Source: Callorhinchus milii (taxonomy: Eukaryota). Taken from it: a stretch of 64,000 bases of DNA. The notes under the pieces were generated by a model that saw only the letters and a list, made by a program, of their open reading frames with translations, did no database searches and had not been told where the DNA came from. The DNA lies in the NCBI RefSeq assembly GCF_018977255.1, contig NW_024704743.1, positions 14,200,001 to 14,264,000 of the forward strand, given 5' to 3'. Shown piece by piece: positions 1 to 12,473 of the stretch (positions are counted from its first letter, which is position 1; each line of letters starts with the position of its first letter). The position numbers and the translations under genes were made by a program.

Positions 1-1950
1 GAAGAACTACAAATAAGTTATCGAAAAGGAAAAGAAAACGCTAGCTGAGAGAGACTATGAAGATTGTTTTTGTGCTGTTGGGGAAGTAATTAGATCAACT
101 GGAGGCAAAATTTAATAAATATTTTAGATACCTCCATTTTTCTAAATTTCTTATTGTTTAGAACTTTATTGAGCACAGTTTGCTGTTACTTAGGTACTTC
201 AACAAGGTTGATGGATCTTTTTAATTGGGACCAACTTGAGTAGCTCCATGATCGGTGCACATTTCATAAATCTATTTTTTACGAACTCTTTTATGTAGCA
301 TAGTTTGATGTTCTCAGTGTAAGTTTTTAAAATTGTTAGAACCGATTTTGCCCAACATTCCTTTGCTATTGTCGCCCATCAATCCTGACAGTGTAGCACG
401 TCTACGGTGCAAAGTTTGAATGTTCTTTTTTCTAAATGGCAGCGGTGAGAATTTCCAACCAATTGGCTTTATTTTTCTGAGTGAGTATTTTTACCATTAC
501 TGTTTTTACCATTGTTATTTTCATAAAGAAATCCACTGTTTATTTTCTATGGGGAGGGAAAGGGTGGGATCATGTTATTAGTAGTTGAACATCTCCACTT
601 AGACAGCGAATTTTGGTTGCATCAGGGAAATGAGTTGAGTTTTTGAGAACAGATGTTATTGCATCTCCGCGCTAGTTTCAGTAATGAATATAGAATATGT
701 ACGTAGTTGTCATGAGTTTTTAAGTTGGATAAATCTTTACATTAATCATTAATTATAATGGACTCTCAAATAAAGAAACTGCTCATCCTGTGCAGTACCA
801 TTGGATATCAGTTTGCTAGTATCCTCCGGTGGCAGTAAGGAGTATGGCAGTGATTGTAGATTTTACACCAGCTCCTACTTTCATTGACTTTTTTTGACAA
901 TTTGTGACTTTTGCTCCCAATTACACAAGTCTAATATTTCAGGTTATTCGTGATTTTTATTACCGTTAGTTAAAATTATATGGCCAGTTTGTTAAGAGCA
1001 TAATGAATACTATTGAACTGCAATGATTATATTTAGTGTACCTGTTGAAGTATTTAGCCAATTTAGTTGTTAAGATTTCAACGTTTATATTTAGAATTTT
1101 TTTACTGATGCATAATGTGGTCCAAAATAGAAAGGAATCTAAAATCATTTTCTTGATAAACAAAATGTTGCAGGAAGAATACTTTTACTGAACCTTTTAT
1201 TTGGAATTTATTGCAGGGCAATAAAGTACAACAAACTTGTGTAATGTCTCAATTTATCATTTGTATTGCATTTTTGCTCAAAATTGGAAACATTTTAAGC
1301 ATTCACCGATTCTCATGTGCTATCTAACCTATGGTTGTGAAGGTTTTAAAAAGTTAGTTGAGTTTTGATCTTTTAATGAATATCAGGTATCTTAAAACCC
1401 TCCCTATACCTTAATATTTTCTATTGTATTAAAGTTATAAATGACTAAATTGACCAATCTGTTTCTCTTGCCACTGGGTTTGGCAACTGACAATAATGGG
1501 ATTTTCCTATTACAAATGTACATTGTCAAGTTCCTGCACTTAGTAGCAAGCGGAATTTCCCTTTTTGATTTCAGTATTTTTATTTTACTGAAGCCTTGGC
1601 TCACAATGAGGACCAGTCTGTATATCAAATAACCTTTTACTCTGCCCTCCAAGGATTCAAGCCTTCATCCCTGCAAAAATATGAAATTAAATTCAATTGT
1701 TAAAATCGCATTCTGTTTTTTCCATTCTTTCCAGTCTTGCATTGAGTATTTTGAATAATGTTTGATGTGTGATTAGATGCATTATTAGAAAGGAGAGTAA
1801 ACTAGGATTATGTTTACATTGTTCAGAATCCATTTATCTGAAGTAACAGAATTTTCTCAAGTGTAATTGTTTTTAAAGATTTCTGTATTTTGTATTGTAG
1901 AATGTTTATATGAATAAATTTTTTCTCTCAAAATACTTGTGTATGCATGT
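1..1950 (+). other. Possible distal 3' UTR of an unidentified upstream gene
   Basis: About 2 kb AT/T-rich, with no recognisable interspersed repeat in an otherwise repeat-dense window. AATAAA at 1220 and at 1913-1918, the latter preceded by TGTA motifs and followed by U/GU-rich sequence. Confidence 0.4.
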
Positions 1951-1979
1951 TTTCTCTTTGGATATTCTTTAATTGTAAA

Positions 1980-2346
1980 ATCATAGAATCCTATTGCACA
2001 GAAGGAGGCAAATTCAACCCTTTAGTGCCTCTACTGGCTCTTTGAAAGAGCTATCCAATTAGTCCCACTCCCCCACTCTTTCCCTATAGCCCTGCGATTT
2101 TTTCCTTTTCAAGTAAATATCCAATTCCCTTTTGAAAGTTATTATTGTATCTGCTTCCACCCCCCTTTCAGGCAGTGCATTCCAGATCGTAACACCTCTC
2201 TGTGTTTAAAAAAAATAAACAAACAAAAAAATTCTCCCATCTCGCCTCTGGTTCTTTTGCCGATTATCTTAAATCTGTGTCCTCTGGTTACCGACTCACC
2301 TGCCAGTGGAAACAGTTTCTCCTTATTTACTCTATTAAAATTCCTT
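1980..2346 (-). mobile_element. CR1 LINE 3' fragment
   Basis: Minus-strand ORF2 C-terminus RVNKEKLFPLAGESVTRGHRFKI plus 3' UTR ending in a ttctatga-type tail; homologous to 22649-23310. Confidence 0.85.
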
Positions 2347-2444
2347 AATCTTGCTGATATCCATTGTAAAATGTGCAAAAATCATCACAAGTTAATGCAG
2401 ACACATTGGTGTCAAACCAAAGGAACACGGACTGAATGATGGGA

Positions 2445-2595
2445 CAGGGACATTACATCTCATCTGCTGTAACAATGCAGCACACTTCAGCACAGCAATG
2501 AAGTGTCAGCATAGCCTATGAGTTCCAAGTTCCAACGTAGGGCTTGAACGCACCACCTTCTGATTCAGACGAGATGCTAACCAGCTGAGCTAGAT
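2445..2595 (-). mobile_element. Older Deu-type tRNA SINE, 5' fragment
   Basis: Reverse complement of ...tcagaaggt...ttcaagcc...gctgacacttca...tgctgcattg, as seen in the copies at 36467 and 56105. Confidence 0.65.
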
Positions 2596-2979
2596 TTACG
2601 CGTGTGATACAATGTGAACTGATACGGATCAACATTTTACTTTCCTGTTGGCTAGTGGGTGCTACTAAAGCATAAATGTTTAGCTTCCACGTGGAGGCTG
2701 ATATTGGTGTTCATTTCCTAAACTTCTGTCATCATACTATAAAATATTCCATCCTGGTGTGTGTTCAGAATGAAAGAAAACTCTATCCCACCATAGAAAA
2801 GAGTATAACTCAAATGGAATTCACAAATATTGAATCCTGCTAACAACCAGATGTGTTGTGAATGTCCCCTAGGAGCTCTACCATCTACGGGTGGTAGATC
2901 AGGTAAGTTGTAGTGGAGTTCCTATAGGCTTGATGGCACGCACTTCTGTTTATGGAATAGTTATGGCTCCACTTGTGAA

Positions 2980-3565
2980 AATAATAATAATACTAATAAT
3001 AATAATCCTTGCATTTTGATATAACGCTTTTCACGTTGTCGACCCCAGGATGTAGTCGCCATAGCTAGGATTAAACGAACACTCAGAAACCGTTAACTCA
3101 GAAATATAGTTTATTCAAATACTTGCAGCAAGGAGAGGGAAAGCGAGAGGTAATACAGTAGCACGTCTCTCAGAAGAGTCGGTACTCTCCCTCTACCAAT
3201 GGGGTAGTCCCATTAGTTTATATACATGATTATTTGCAATCACCTCATGCTTAACTCGTGTCTCAAACAATTCTTGCTGTTGATTGACAAGCATTCAATC
3301 ATCACAAGCTCCATTATACATTTGCAGACAGTACAAGGACACTGGTTCTGCTCTAATTATCTACAGCTATTGCTCAAAAACAACTCTAATCTTATCGTTG
3401 TCGAGACACTCTGTACTTTACGTGTTTTAGTCCTTTTACATTCCCACAACGTCTTCTAGACGTCGCAAAGCGCTTCACAGAACATACTGTAAAGTGAATT
3501 GACTATATTTGTGGGCGAAACGCGGCAGCCAATTGCGCACAGCAATGTCCCACAAACGGTTGTAA
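2980..3565 (-). mobile_element. SINE 3' half, interrupted by a solo LTR
   Basis: (TAA)n tail and tccttgcatt...ttttcacgt on the left resume as acgtcttctagacgtc...aattgcgcacagcaatgtcccacaaac on the right of the LTR. Confidence 0.85.
3037..3448 (-). mobile_element. Solo LTR (412 bp), probably class I ERV type
   Basis: TG...CA termini; 4-bp TSD ACGT at 3033-3036 and 3449-3452; minus-strand TATATAAA (3224-3217) upstream of AATAAA (3115-3110). Confidence 0.85.
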
Positions 3566-3939
3566 TTTGGCAATTATTACCCCATAAATCTACAAAATTA
3601 CTCTCTGATTTTCAAAATAGAGGGTACACTCCAGAGTGTTCATTTATTTTGAATCTCTAACCAACCTTGACCTGCCTTCTGCCCCTACTGCAGATTTGAT
3701 GGCTCCCACTTTACAGGAAAAAAAAGTCATTGGGTCCAGTAAAATATTTATCATCTCAGTCTTATTACCCATTCCAGTAAGCTCCACCCTGTTTAACCAG
3801 GTATTTACCCTGCTCTTGTCAGAGGAGTTATCACAGAATGAACTGCTTAATCTTTAAGGTTAGCAATTCCTAAACTTAATGTTTTTGTTGAAAAGAGGTT
3901 AAATTACACTAGTTAGCCACTGAGAAATTAGTGTTAGAT

Positions 3940-4665
3940 TGGCTCATTAAATAACGCTCTAATCTCTAGGTCAGAAGTTTGTGGGTTCTACTTGTGTTTG
4001 GACTTCAGTTCATAGTTTAGGTTTTTGAGTCAAGTGCAGAACGGGCCAAGTGGCATTCTAAAAGGTTCTATTTTTAAGTTGAGATGTTAAACCAAGATAC
4101 TATCTGCATGTCCAGGCAGACATTGAATATTTCACGACCCTATTTGAAAAGAGAAGGAAGTTTCTCTCACTGGATCTTGCTGGCTAAAACTAGTAATTAC
4201 AATTGTCAGTAATCACCTGTGAAGTGTGTAGAGATATCTTGATGAGACTCTCTGAAAATGCAATTTGTGTTACAAGGAAACCTGCAATTGGACTCTTGAT
4301 GCTGTCCTGTCATGCCCTTGCACCTCCCTACCTATCCGATAGGCTTTCGAGTCACTCCACCACCCGCTGCCTCTGCACGGCTGGCTCTGGCCTCCTGTTT
4401 GTCCCTCGTGCCCTCAGTTCCACCATCGTTGGCCGTGCCTTCAGCCACTACACCCCGAAACTCGAACTCTCTTCCTCAATCCCTCTGCCTTGCCCCCTCC
4501 CTCCCCAGTTTCAAATCCCGCCTAAAGACCTTCCTTTTAGATTGTGCTTACGGTCACCTCCCCCACTCCTTCTCCCCCTGGCTCGGAGTCAGATTCCACC
4601 ACTCTCAAGTGCTCTGGGACACTACTCCGCATGAAGTGCTCTACATAAATGCAAGTTGTTGTTGT
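3940..4665 (+). mobile_element. Degenerate Deu-type SINE (about 3940-4270) followed by an L2 3' end (about 4300-4665)
   Basis: SINE motif gagatgttaaaccaag; L2 C-terminus LAPPYLSD...GRAFSH...LKTFLLD and tail tacataaatgcaagttgttgttg. Confidence 0.75.
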
Positions 4666-5276
4666 AATATAGTTCCTACCTGACAGGGGGAGCTCTAACA
4701 CTAGATATTAGGGATCTCATTAAGTACTGCCGAGGCTACAGAACGGACTTGAGCTTTCTGAGAAAACTGTCAGGTCCTGAACCAGTTGAACTCACAAAAA
4801 TATTTTTAAACCCAATCAAAAATGTTTAGCAGTGCACCTTCAATGGCTCAGTATCCCGGTTAACCAAGTTTATGATGACAAAGAGTTTAATTGCAAAATG
4901 CACAGTCATATTTCCTGAGGCAGTTTAACAGCACATCCCAACATTTATATCCATAGGAACAGCATTGCCATTCGGCCCATTTTTTCCAGTCATGTTTGCT
5001 CTTCCGAGGGCCATCCATCCTAATCTCAATCTCCTTCTCTTTCCCTGTACCCCTCTAATACCCGTGTTTGACTATTCTTTAAGTACCCCCATCAACAATT
5101 GAGAGGGAAAGGAAGCGGTGGAGAAGTAAATTATTTTTGTTTGGTGACATTTTTATGGAAAGTCAGCTCTGAGCTGGGCTTGTAAAGCATTGTGTACATT
5201 CCCATTCCAAACAATTGCTCTCAAGAGGGTAAAATTTGCTATATATAAAGTAAGATTGAAAAACAGGTTGCCTTGG

Positions 5277-6025
5277 TGTAAGAGTTAATTTATTTTCATG
5301 ACCCTGCAGTGAAGTAAGGACTGACACAAATGTTGAACAATTAATCAAGATTTATTAATTCAGATTAATAATGGTTATAAATAATTTAGAAAATACATCT
5401 AATTCTGCTTATGTATCCACGTATACTAGAGTTCACAATGATTTGAGTTGACCAACCAAATACTGTGGGAGAGATAGGGAAGCAATGTAAATCCTCAAAA
5501 AAAATTTCAAGTAATGTTGTGCGGTTCCCAGTTCGATACCACCCAAAAGTATCCAGGTATTATTGTACGTTTAGAGCTGTTTAACTCATAGTCTTGAACT
5601 TCCATCTTTGGAAGCTGGAATATGGTTTGTGGCTCCAGGTTCCAATTTCTTCTTCCTCTTTCGAATTGATCTCCGTTTATAACGTTGATTAGGTGACCTT
5701 TCGTCTTTTTCAAGATGGTTCCTTTGTAAAAACCAAATGCAACACAGTTCTCTCCAGCTGCAGACCATTTTTCCATGAGAAAATGACTGATAAGGAATGA
5801 AAACAGTTTGTTGCTTAAAACAGTCTTTTGTTAAACGTTGACTCACTTTCCTTTCTCCATAGATGCTGCCTGACCCGCTGAGTGTTTCCAGCGATTTCTG
5901 TTTTTGTTTTCAGATTTCCAGCATCTGCAGTATTTTGTATTTTCTTTTGTTTCTCCAGGTGATATACATACAAATATAATTTGAGATATTATTTAACACA
6001 TTAATTACAGACATGACATCCTACA
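5277..6025 (-). repeat. 3' LTR of the provirus (contains a 110-bp Penelope-type insertion)
   Basis: Aligns to 12489-13170 (tgtaagagttaatttattttcatgaccctg ... atcctaca); preceded on the minus strand by a weak PPT-like agggtgac. Confidence 0.9.
5833..5942 (+). mobile_element. Penelope-like terminal fragment inserted into the 3' LTR
   Basis: aaacgttgactc...gatgctgcctgacccgctgag...tttccagcatctgcagtatttt, absent from the 5' LTR; TSD tcttttgtt at 5824-5832 and 5943-5951; homologous to 8413-8522. Confidence 0.75.
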
Positions 6026-6866
6026 GTCACCCTGAAGTGGGTTAAGGTTATAAACGTAAATCTACTTTTATTACTGTAATTAGTGTAAAATTTGTACCGT
6101 TCTCCTCTATCTCTTTCACCGCATTCGATCTCCAACCTATATTAACATTTTTATGATTCTTAATTGTTCATAAAACATTTTACATCTTTTTTTTATCTGA
6201 CACATATCCAATAATTACAGTAAATCATTATTAATAACTCTATAAATACAAATAAATTAGCAAGGTTATACTTGTATTACCACTAAAAATTATAAAATAT
6301 TACTTCAGTGGGTGTTCCCTTTTTTTAGGGAAAATATCTATCTTATAAAATTCCCAATAAATGTAACCATATTTAATTTTAATTTATACCAACATCACTT
6401 TGATTAAATACTGGAATACATAAAATAAATGATACATAACAGAAATTAGAATAACTGAAGTAATATTAAGATGTTTGACACAATAACATTTATAACAATT
6501 AAAAACTACTATAATCTGAATGTGTTTGACATTAATGATTAGTGTACTTTTCTCTCATACCTATCAATGTTTACCCTGTTGTTTTGCGCTCAAGTCACGT
6601 GTCCCAAATTATATGGTCTTATCTGTAATTTTATGCAGACCCCCATATTCTCTAACTATTGCTCACTTTGTTTATCTTTTACCTTGCTATTATTACGTAC
6701 ATATGGAACATGGATGTGATCTGGCTTATACTCCACCACGGTCCTCTTTTTTAACATATAAATGACATAAACATATAAAGACAGCCTTCACTTTGTTTAC
6801 TTGCTTTTGTAAATTTTAATTGCTACTAGCTTATGCTAAATCCTATACTAACGTCTTACGTCTTGG

Positions 6867-8110
6867 GAGATGCGGGGTGGCCCTCATCTCCCAAACTTCC
6901 TTTGGTCTATCCCCCTATTCCTTTGGCTGTTTCTCCTCCTACCATCCCTCCTCTCTCTCCCTCAAAATCCTCCTAGTTTACCGACCGACCAGAAACCTCC
7001 TGGCTCCTTCCTCACTGATATTTCCTCTCACCTTTCATCCTTATCCCTCTGCACTGAACACCTGCTCATAATGGGTGATTTTGTGCTCCACCTAAGCTCC
7101 CCTTGCAACACCTCCTCGGATTTCACTGCCCTCCTCTCCTCCCTAAACTCCCTCCACATCAACTCGCCAACCCACAACCGTGGCCACTCCCTCAACCTCG
7201 TCATCACACGTGGTCTTGACATTTCTGACTTGTCAATCACGGACAAAGCCATCTCGGACCACTTCCTCATCTCCCTCTCCTCCTGCATCCCCCTCCCCTC
7301 TTCCAAACCCTCCACCATTTTTTTCCCCCCCAGGAAAAAGCTTCTCTGAGTCCCTTAAAAATGCCCTCTCCTCCTCAGATCTCCTCTCCCTCTGGCCCTC
7401 CAACCACAGTGATCCTGATACAGCCGTCAAGCTGCTGATGACCGTCTCTCCACAACCTTCAATTCCCAGCTCCCCTGAAATCCAGGATTGTTTCCAAACC
7501 CACCCGCTCCCCCTGGTACAACACTCATCTCTGCTCACTCAAACCACAAACCCGGATGCTTGAGCGCAGATGGCAGAAATTTGACCTCATGATTCACCGC
7601 CAGCTGTGGCTCGAGCACCTCCTCACCCACCGCCTCTCCCTTTCAAAGGCCAAAACTGACTTTTACTCCAAAGTCATCCTGGAGGCAAACAAGAATTCAA
7701 AGATGCTGTTTTTCACTGTCCATCACCTCCTCCGTGCAGTCCCTCAAGCTCCCTCTATCCTCACGTCAAATGCCAAGTGCGAAGAGGTCCTAGACTTCTT
7801 TACCTCAAATGGCTGCATCGTCCTCCCCCCCATGCCCCCTTCCAGATCATCCACACTGCCTTCTCCCTCCGCAACGGCTCCTGCCATTCCCCTCTCCTTA
7901 CACTCCTTTGCCTCCATTTCTCCCTCCTCCCTCTCAACTACAATCACCCGGATGAAGTTCACCACCTGCTGCCTCTACCCCTCCCCACCCAGCTGCTGGT
8001 CACTCAACTCGCCCTTCTCTCCCCCTTGTTGGCCGACACAGTCAACCAGTCTCTCTCCTCAGGCTCTGTTCCACTCCCCCTGATAACCGCTGTCTTCACA
8101 CCCCTCCTAT
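6867..8110 (+). mobile_element. L2 LINE ORF2 fragment (APE endonuclease C-terminal half and linker), nested in the provirus
   Basis: GVALIS...LLVYRP...LLIMGDF...PTHNRGHSLNLVITRGL...SDHFLI; LERRWQK; closely similar to 28310-29280. Confidence 0.88.
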
Positions 8111-8138
8111 TGACCCGGACCAAACTCCGTATCCACAT

Positions 8139-8522
8139 TTTACCACATCATCTTGGTCCCAGACACACCTTTTCTCTCTGGTCTGCCTATTTTGTTGCAA
8201 TCTTTCCTCCCCTTTGTTCTGCAGTATTAACCCCTGTTTTGTTGCAATCCTTCCCTTTGTTTTGCATCATTAACACCTTCTTAACCCATCATCCCCTGTC
8301 CTCTACCTCATTTCTCCTTTGTCTTCCTTGCCCTGTCTCCCCCCTCTCTGTTAGTCCTTAGAAGCCTCTCCCTCCCAACATGCCCCAGTTCTGACAAAAG
8401 GTCATGGACCCGAAAAGTTGACTCACTTTTCTCTCTCAATAGTTGCTGCCTGACCCGCTGAGTGTTCCCAGTGACTTCTGTTTTTGTTTCAGGTTTCCAG
8501 CATCTGCAGTATTTTGTGTTTT
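8139..8522 (+). mobile_element. Penelope-like element end with decayed hammerhead motif, nested in an L2 3' fragment
   Basis: Imperfect 12-bp TSD ccgtatccacat (8127-8138) / ccatacccacat (8523-8534); CTGACAA-aa-ggtc-atg-gacc-c-GAAA at 8391-8415. Confidence 0.65.
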
Positions 8523-8579
8523 CCATACCCACATCTCACCAGTTCTGGCCGGGCCTCACTGGCACCGAACGGATCGACT

Positions 8580-8893
8580 TAATAATAATAATAATAATCC
8601 TTGCATTTGATATAGCGCTTTTCACGTCGGGAGGACGTCCCAAAGCGCTTCACAGAACACACTGTAAAGTGAATTGACTGTATATTTGTGGGCGAACGCG
8701 GCAGCCAATTGCACACAGCAATATCCCACAAACAGTCGTAGATTGAAAATGACCAATTTATTATTGTTTTTGGTTTTGGAGGGATTATTATTAGGCGTGT
8801 GGAGTAAGGAAACTTGCCCAAGGTTTCGCCCTGCCTGGAATTGAACTCAGGTCTCTTGCTTGCAAAGCGAGTGCTCTAACCTACAGGACTCCA
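8580..8893 (-). mobile_element. tRNA-Ala-derived SINE, near full length
   Basis: Head gtggagtcctgtag..., Deu-like core gctgtgtgcaattggctgccgcg, L2-type tail and (TTA)n. Confidence 0.9.
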
Positions 8894-8894
8894 C

Positions 8895-9232
8895 GATCCT
8901 CCCTACATCTCCGACCTTGTCACTCCCCAATCCACCACCAGGCGCCTCCGCTCGACTGGCGCCGGCCTCCTGCTCGTTCCTCGCACCCTCCGCCCCACCA
9001 TCGGAAGTCGTGCTTTCAGCCACTACGCCCCAAAACTCTGGAACACTCTCCCTCAATCCCTCCACCTTGCCCCCTCTCTCCCCTCTTTCAAATCCCCACT
9101 GAAAACTTTCCTCTACGACCATGCTTATGGCCACCTCCCCCCTCCACCCGACTCAGAGTCAGGCTTCGTCACTGTTCAGCGCTCTGAGACGCTACCCTGA
9201 GTGGAGGGCACTATATAAGTAGAAGTTGTTGA
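8895..9232 (+). mobile_element. L2 3' end
   Basis: tttcagccactacgcccc...aactctggaac...; tail gcgctctgagacgctaccctgagtggagggcactatataag. Confidence 0.85.
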
Positions 9233-9696
9233 TTGTCTTTTTCACAATTTAACAAAAAGGGTAATACCTTATGCTCAGGTATTCTCATGGATCGTTCAGT
9301 CACAACGTCCTGTGGGGAAAATATTTTATTTAGGAATTCAGATTGCTCTTTTCAACAAATAGTTAGGGAGGGCCCTGAGTCGACCAATTCTATGCAATAA
9401 TAATAGACCTATAATAGACTTCAAACTCATGCTGTTGCTGTTGGCCCTCCCCAAATATTAATTTGAAGGGTCACAATATACCCCATAGAGACCTTAGAAA
9501 CTCATCATGCCTGTCATATGAATTTAGAGATCAATTTGTGTTTTTTGATCAGTTTAATCTTGTTTAAATTTGGCTTGCTCTTTGGCTCTTTGATAGCCAG
9601 GTGATATATATATATATTACATATATAAAATGTAAATGCCCCTGATTGCTGTTTGTATTCTACAAATTTTCAAAAAAACTCTTGATTATTACTTTT

Positions 9697-9872
9697 AATA
9701 ATAAATTGGTCATTTTCAATCCACGACTGTGGGACACTGCTGTGCGCAATTGGCTGCCTTGTTTCGCCCACAAATATACGGTCAATTGACTTTACGCCAT
9801 ATTCTGTGAAGCGCTTTGAGACGTCTAGAAGACGTGAAAAGCGCTATATCAAATGCAAGTATTATAATTATT
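9697..9872 (+). mobile_element. SINE 3' part, inserted in the provirus
   Basis: aataataaattggtcattttcaatccacgac...gagacgtctagaagacgtgaaaagcgctatatcaaatgcaag. Confidence 0.85.
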
Positions 9873-10169
9873 AAAAATTCTTTTATCAAACTTAATTTCG
9901 TTTTCAATCATCTCTTCCATCTTTTTTTTTCCAAGCTTTTTCCTCTGTAACATAAAAAGAAAAGTTAAATTATCCTCCCTGTTTTATTTGGGGTGATTTC
10001 AGGAATCTATTATTTATTGATTTTTATAATGAACCTTTGCGTCCTTGTGTCCTTCTTTCTCTTACTGGGATGTTGATCACATCCCAAACATGTCTTCTGT
10101 TCTTCAGTTTTTTCCCTCGTTCTACTTCTTAACTGAAATATCATTCCTCCCTGATCTATTGCTGTTGAT

Positions 10170-11972
10170 GTTATATCACAGCAATGAGTATCTCCGTCAT
10201 ACAGTAAATTGTTAGCTAAAAATCACAGAGACATGGAATGTTGTTTCGTCCTTGAAACAACAAAGTTCATCAAGCCAGACGGACATTTGATACGGATCCA
10301 TCTTTTAATCGACCATCTAAAAGTAATTCTGTTGGGGTGTAATTGGTTAACAAAACCATAGGTGATAAACTAACAATTTATTCAAAATGTTGCACAGTCC
10401 AAAAAGTGGCTAAAATGTTTTTCACATTTTTAAAAATTTAATCCTACAGGAGTCAATACTCTGGATGCTATTGGACATAGTTTATTATGCTTGTGCTGTA
10501 ATGCAACTGCTGAAATAGCGAAATCTGTGTCTGCTACTTCTAAATAAAAGGTGCTTCCCTTTCTGGAGCTTGCAAAGTAGACGTTTACGCTAAAGCTTGT
10601 TTTAATTTTTGTACTGCTTCAGTACAGGCTGGCGTCCAATTCCATTCAGCATGTTTTCGTAACAAAGCATAAAGGGGAGCACTTAGAGTAGCAAAATCTT
10701 CAATAAAATCCCTGCATCCCCTACCAATCCTAAAAAGCATCTCAATGCTGTGACAGAAGTTGGCCAGGGTAAGTGCTTAATAATCTGTATTTTATATTCA
10801 TCAGGATTGTGACCACCTTTACCAATTTGGATTCCTAAAAATGATACAGTCTGCTCAGAAATCTATGCTTTCTTAGGATTTACTTTTAATCCTGATGTAC
10901 AGATCAATTGTAACAGCTTTGTCAACAATTGTTCATGAGTCTCCATGTCAGGCAGGCGTGTAATAATAAATCATCAACATAGTGAATGATTGCAGTAGGT
11001 TGGCTAAGGCGTGCTATCACTTGAGCCATTCTTTGATGAAATTTGACGGAAAGTTGTGAAATCCCTGGGGTAAACATGTCCATGTGTATTGGTTGTGAAA
11101 AGTAAAAGCAAATTTGTACTGACAATCATGATGAAACGGAACAGACCAGAACCCATTTGATATGTCAAGTGCAGAAAATACTTTTGACTGAGGTGTAGTT
11201 CTCTTGAGCACATCTGGTGCAGACACCAATGTCGAGAACAACATTGCGTGTATTGATTTAATCTCCTCTGATCTATTATGAGTCGCCATGAACCATCTGG
11301 TTTTCTAACTGGCCAAATGGGAGAATTATTAGAGGTTGCAATCCTTCTTAAAATACCTGTTTCAATAATGAGATTATAGTGGCTTGCACAGGTGCATCAA
11401 CTTCCCAAGGATAGGAATATTGCTCCTGCTGATGTGGGGAATCTTTTCCAATGATGTTAACATGTCCTGCTAACTTTCCACAAACGTGTTTGTGATTTGC
11501 GAAAACAACATTATTAGTGGTTAGTATGTTAGTAATGTTAACATTGTCATGTGTCAACACTTTCTTTAAATCAAACCCTTTATTGCATAAACAGCTCCAT
11601 GATCTGTTATTTTATTTCAAATATATGTGTCAGGTTTGGCACTTTTAACTTGCCATAGTAGTTTGTTTGCAAAGTCAATTATCAAATTATATTTATTCAT
11701 CAGATCTGCACCAATAATGTTTAAATTGGCTGGCGTGTTCATCAAAATACATGGCCATTTAATTTCTAAATATCCAATTTGAAGAGGAATTGGAATTGAC
11801 TCCACCCCATATTGACAATTGCCTGTAAACCCACCTAATTGAGTAACTGTTTCAGATGTGAATTTTGTGGGTCTTTTTCATATATAACAGTTTGAGAGGC
11901 ACCAGTACCCCATAACAATAGGTTCCGATGGCCTCCTATCGCAACATTAATACATGGTCTTCCATGATTATC
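10170..11972 (-). pseudogene. pro-pol remnant: aspartic protease, reverse transcriptase and connection/tether domain, frameshifted
   Basis: GRPCINVAIGGHRNLLLW(G)TGASQT (catalytic D mutated), NIIGADLM, NNSPIWPVRKPDGSW, FSALDISNGFWSVP, YTWTCLPQGFHN, HYVDDLLL (10981-10970), GLKVNPKK, LRCFLGLVG, PFYLEV, ending LLYDGDTHCC. Confidence 0.92.
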
Positions 11973-12180
11973 AATTTCTACTGGGCACATTATCTCAGTT
12001 GAAGCCTCTATTTGTCAATCAATGCCCCCATGGACTCTATCTCCTCCTTGTATGTTATACATCGGAGGAACACCAGGTACTGCACTTGGCTGTCTATGAA
12101 AAGCTTTCATTTCAGCTCGCAGCTTTCCGACCTTCGGCAACCATGTCTTTTAGATCTAAACCAGCACTTTTCTCTTCATG

Positions 12181-12224
12181 TCTACAATATTTTGTCATAT
12201 GTCCCATTTTACCACAATTCTCAC
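12181..12224 (-). pseudogene. gag remnant: nucleocapsid CCHC zinc knuckle
   Basis: Minus strand reads (x)ENCGKMGHMTKYCR = [C]x2Cx4Hx4C, with the first Cys disrupted by an indel. Confidence 0.7.
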
Positions 12225-12473
12225 TTTGACTTCTACCTCTCTAGCCAGTAAATGAAGGTCCCTATGAACATTAGCCACAAAATGGGATCAGACAATATCT
12301 GATAATATATCCAATTATACAGGACATAATAGTGGCTGGCCGTTTAATTTAATCTCCGTACAATTAACTCCACCCCATCAGCATACACCAACAATCAAAC
12401 TCCAACTTAATAAACATAACTTATCAAATTACACCAATACTTACTTTCTAAATGATATTAAACATTTGTATTT

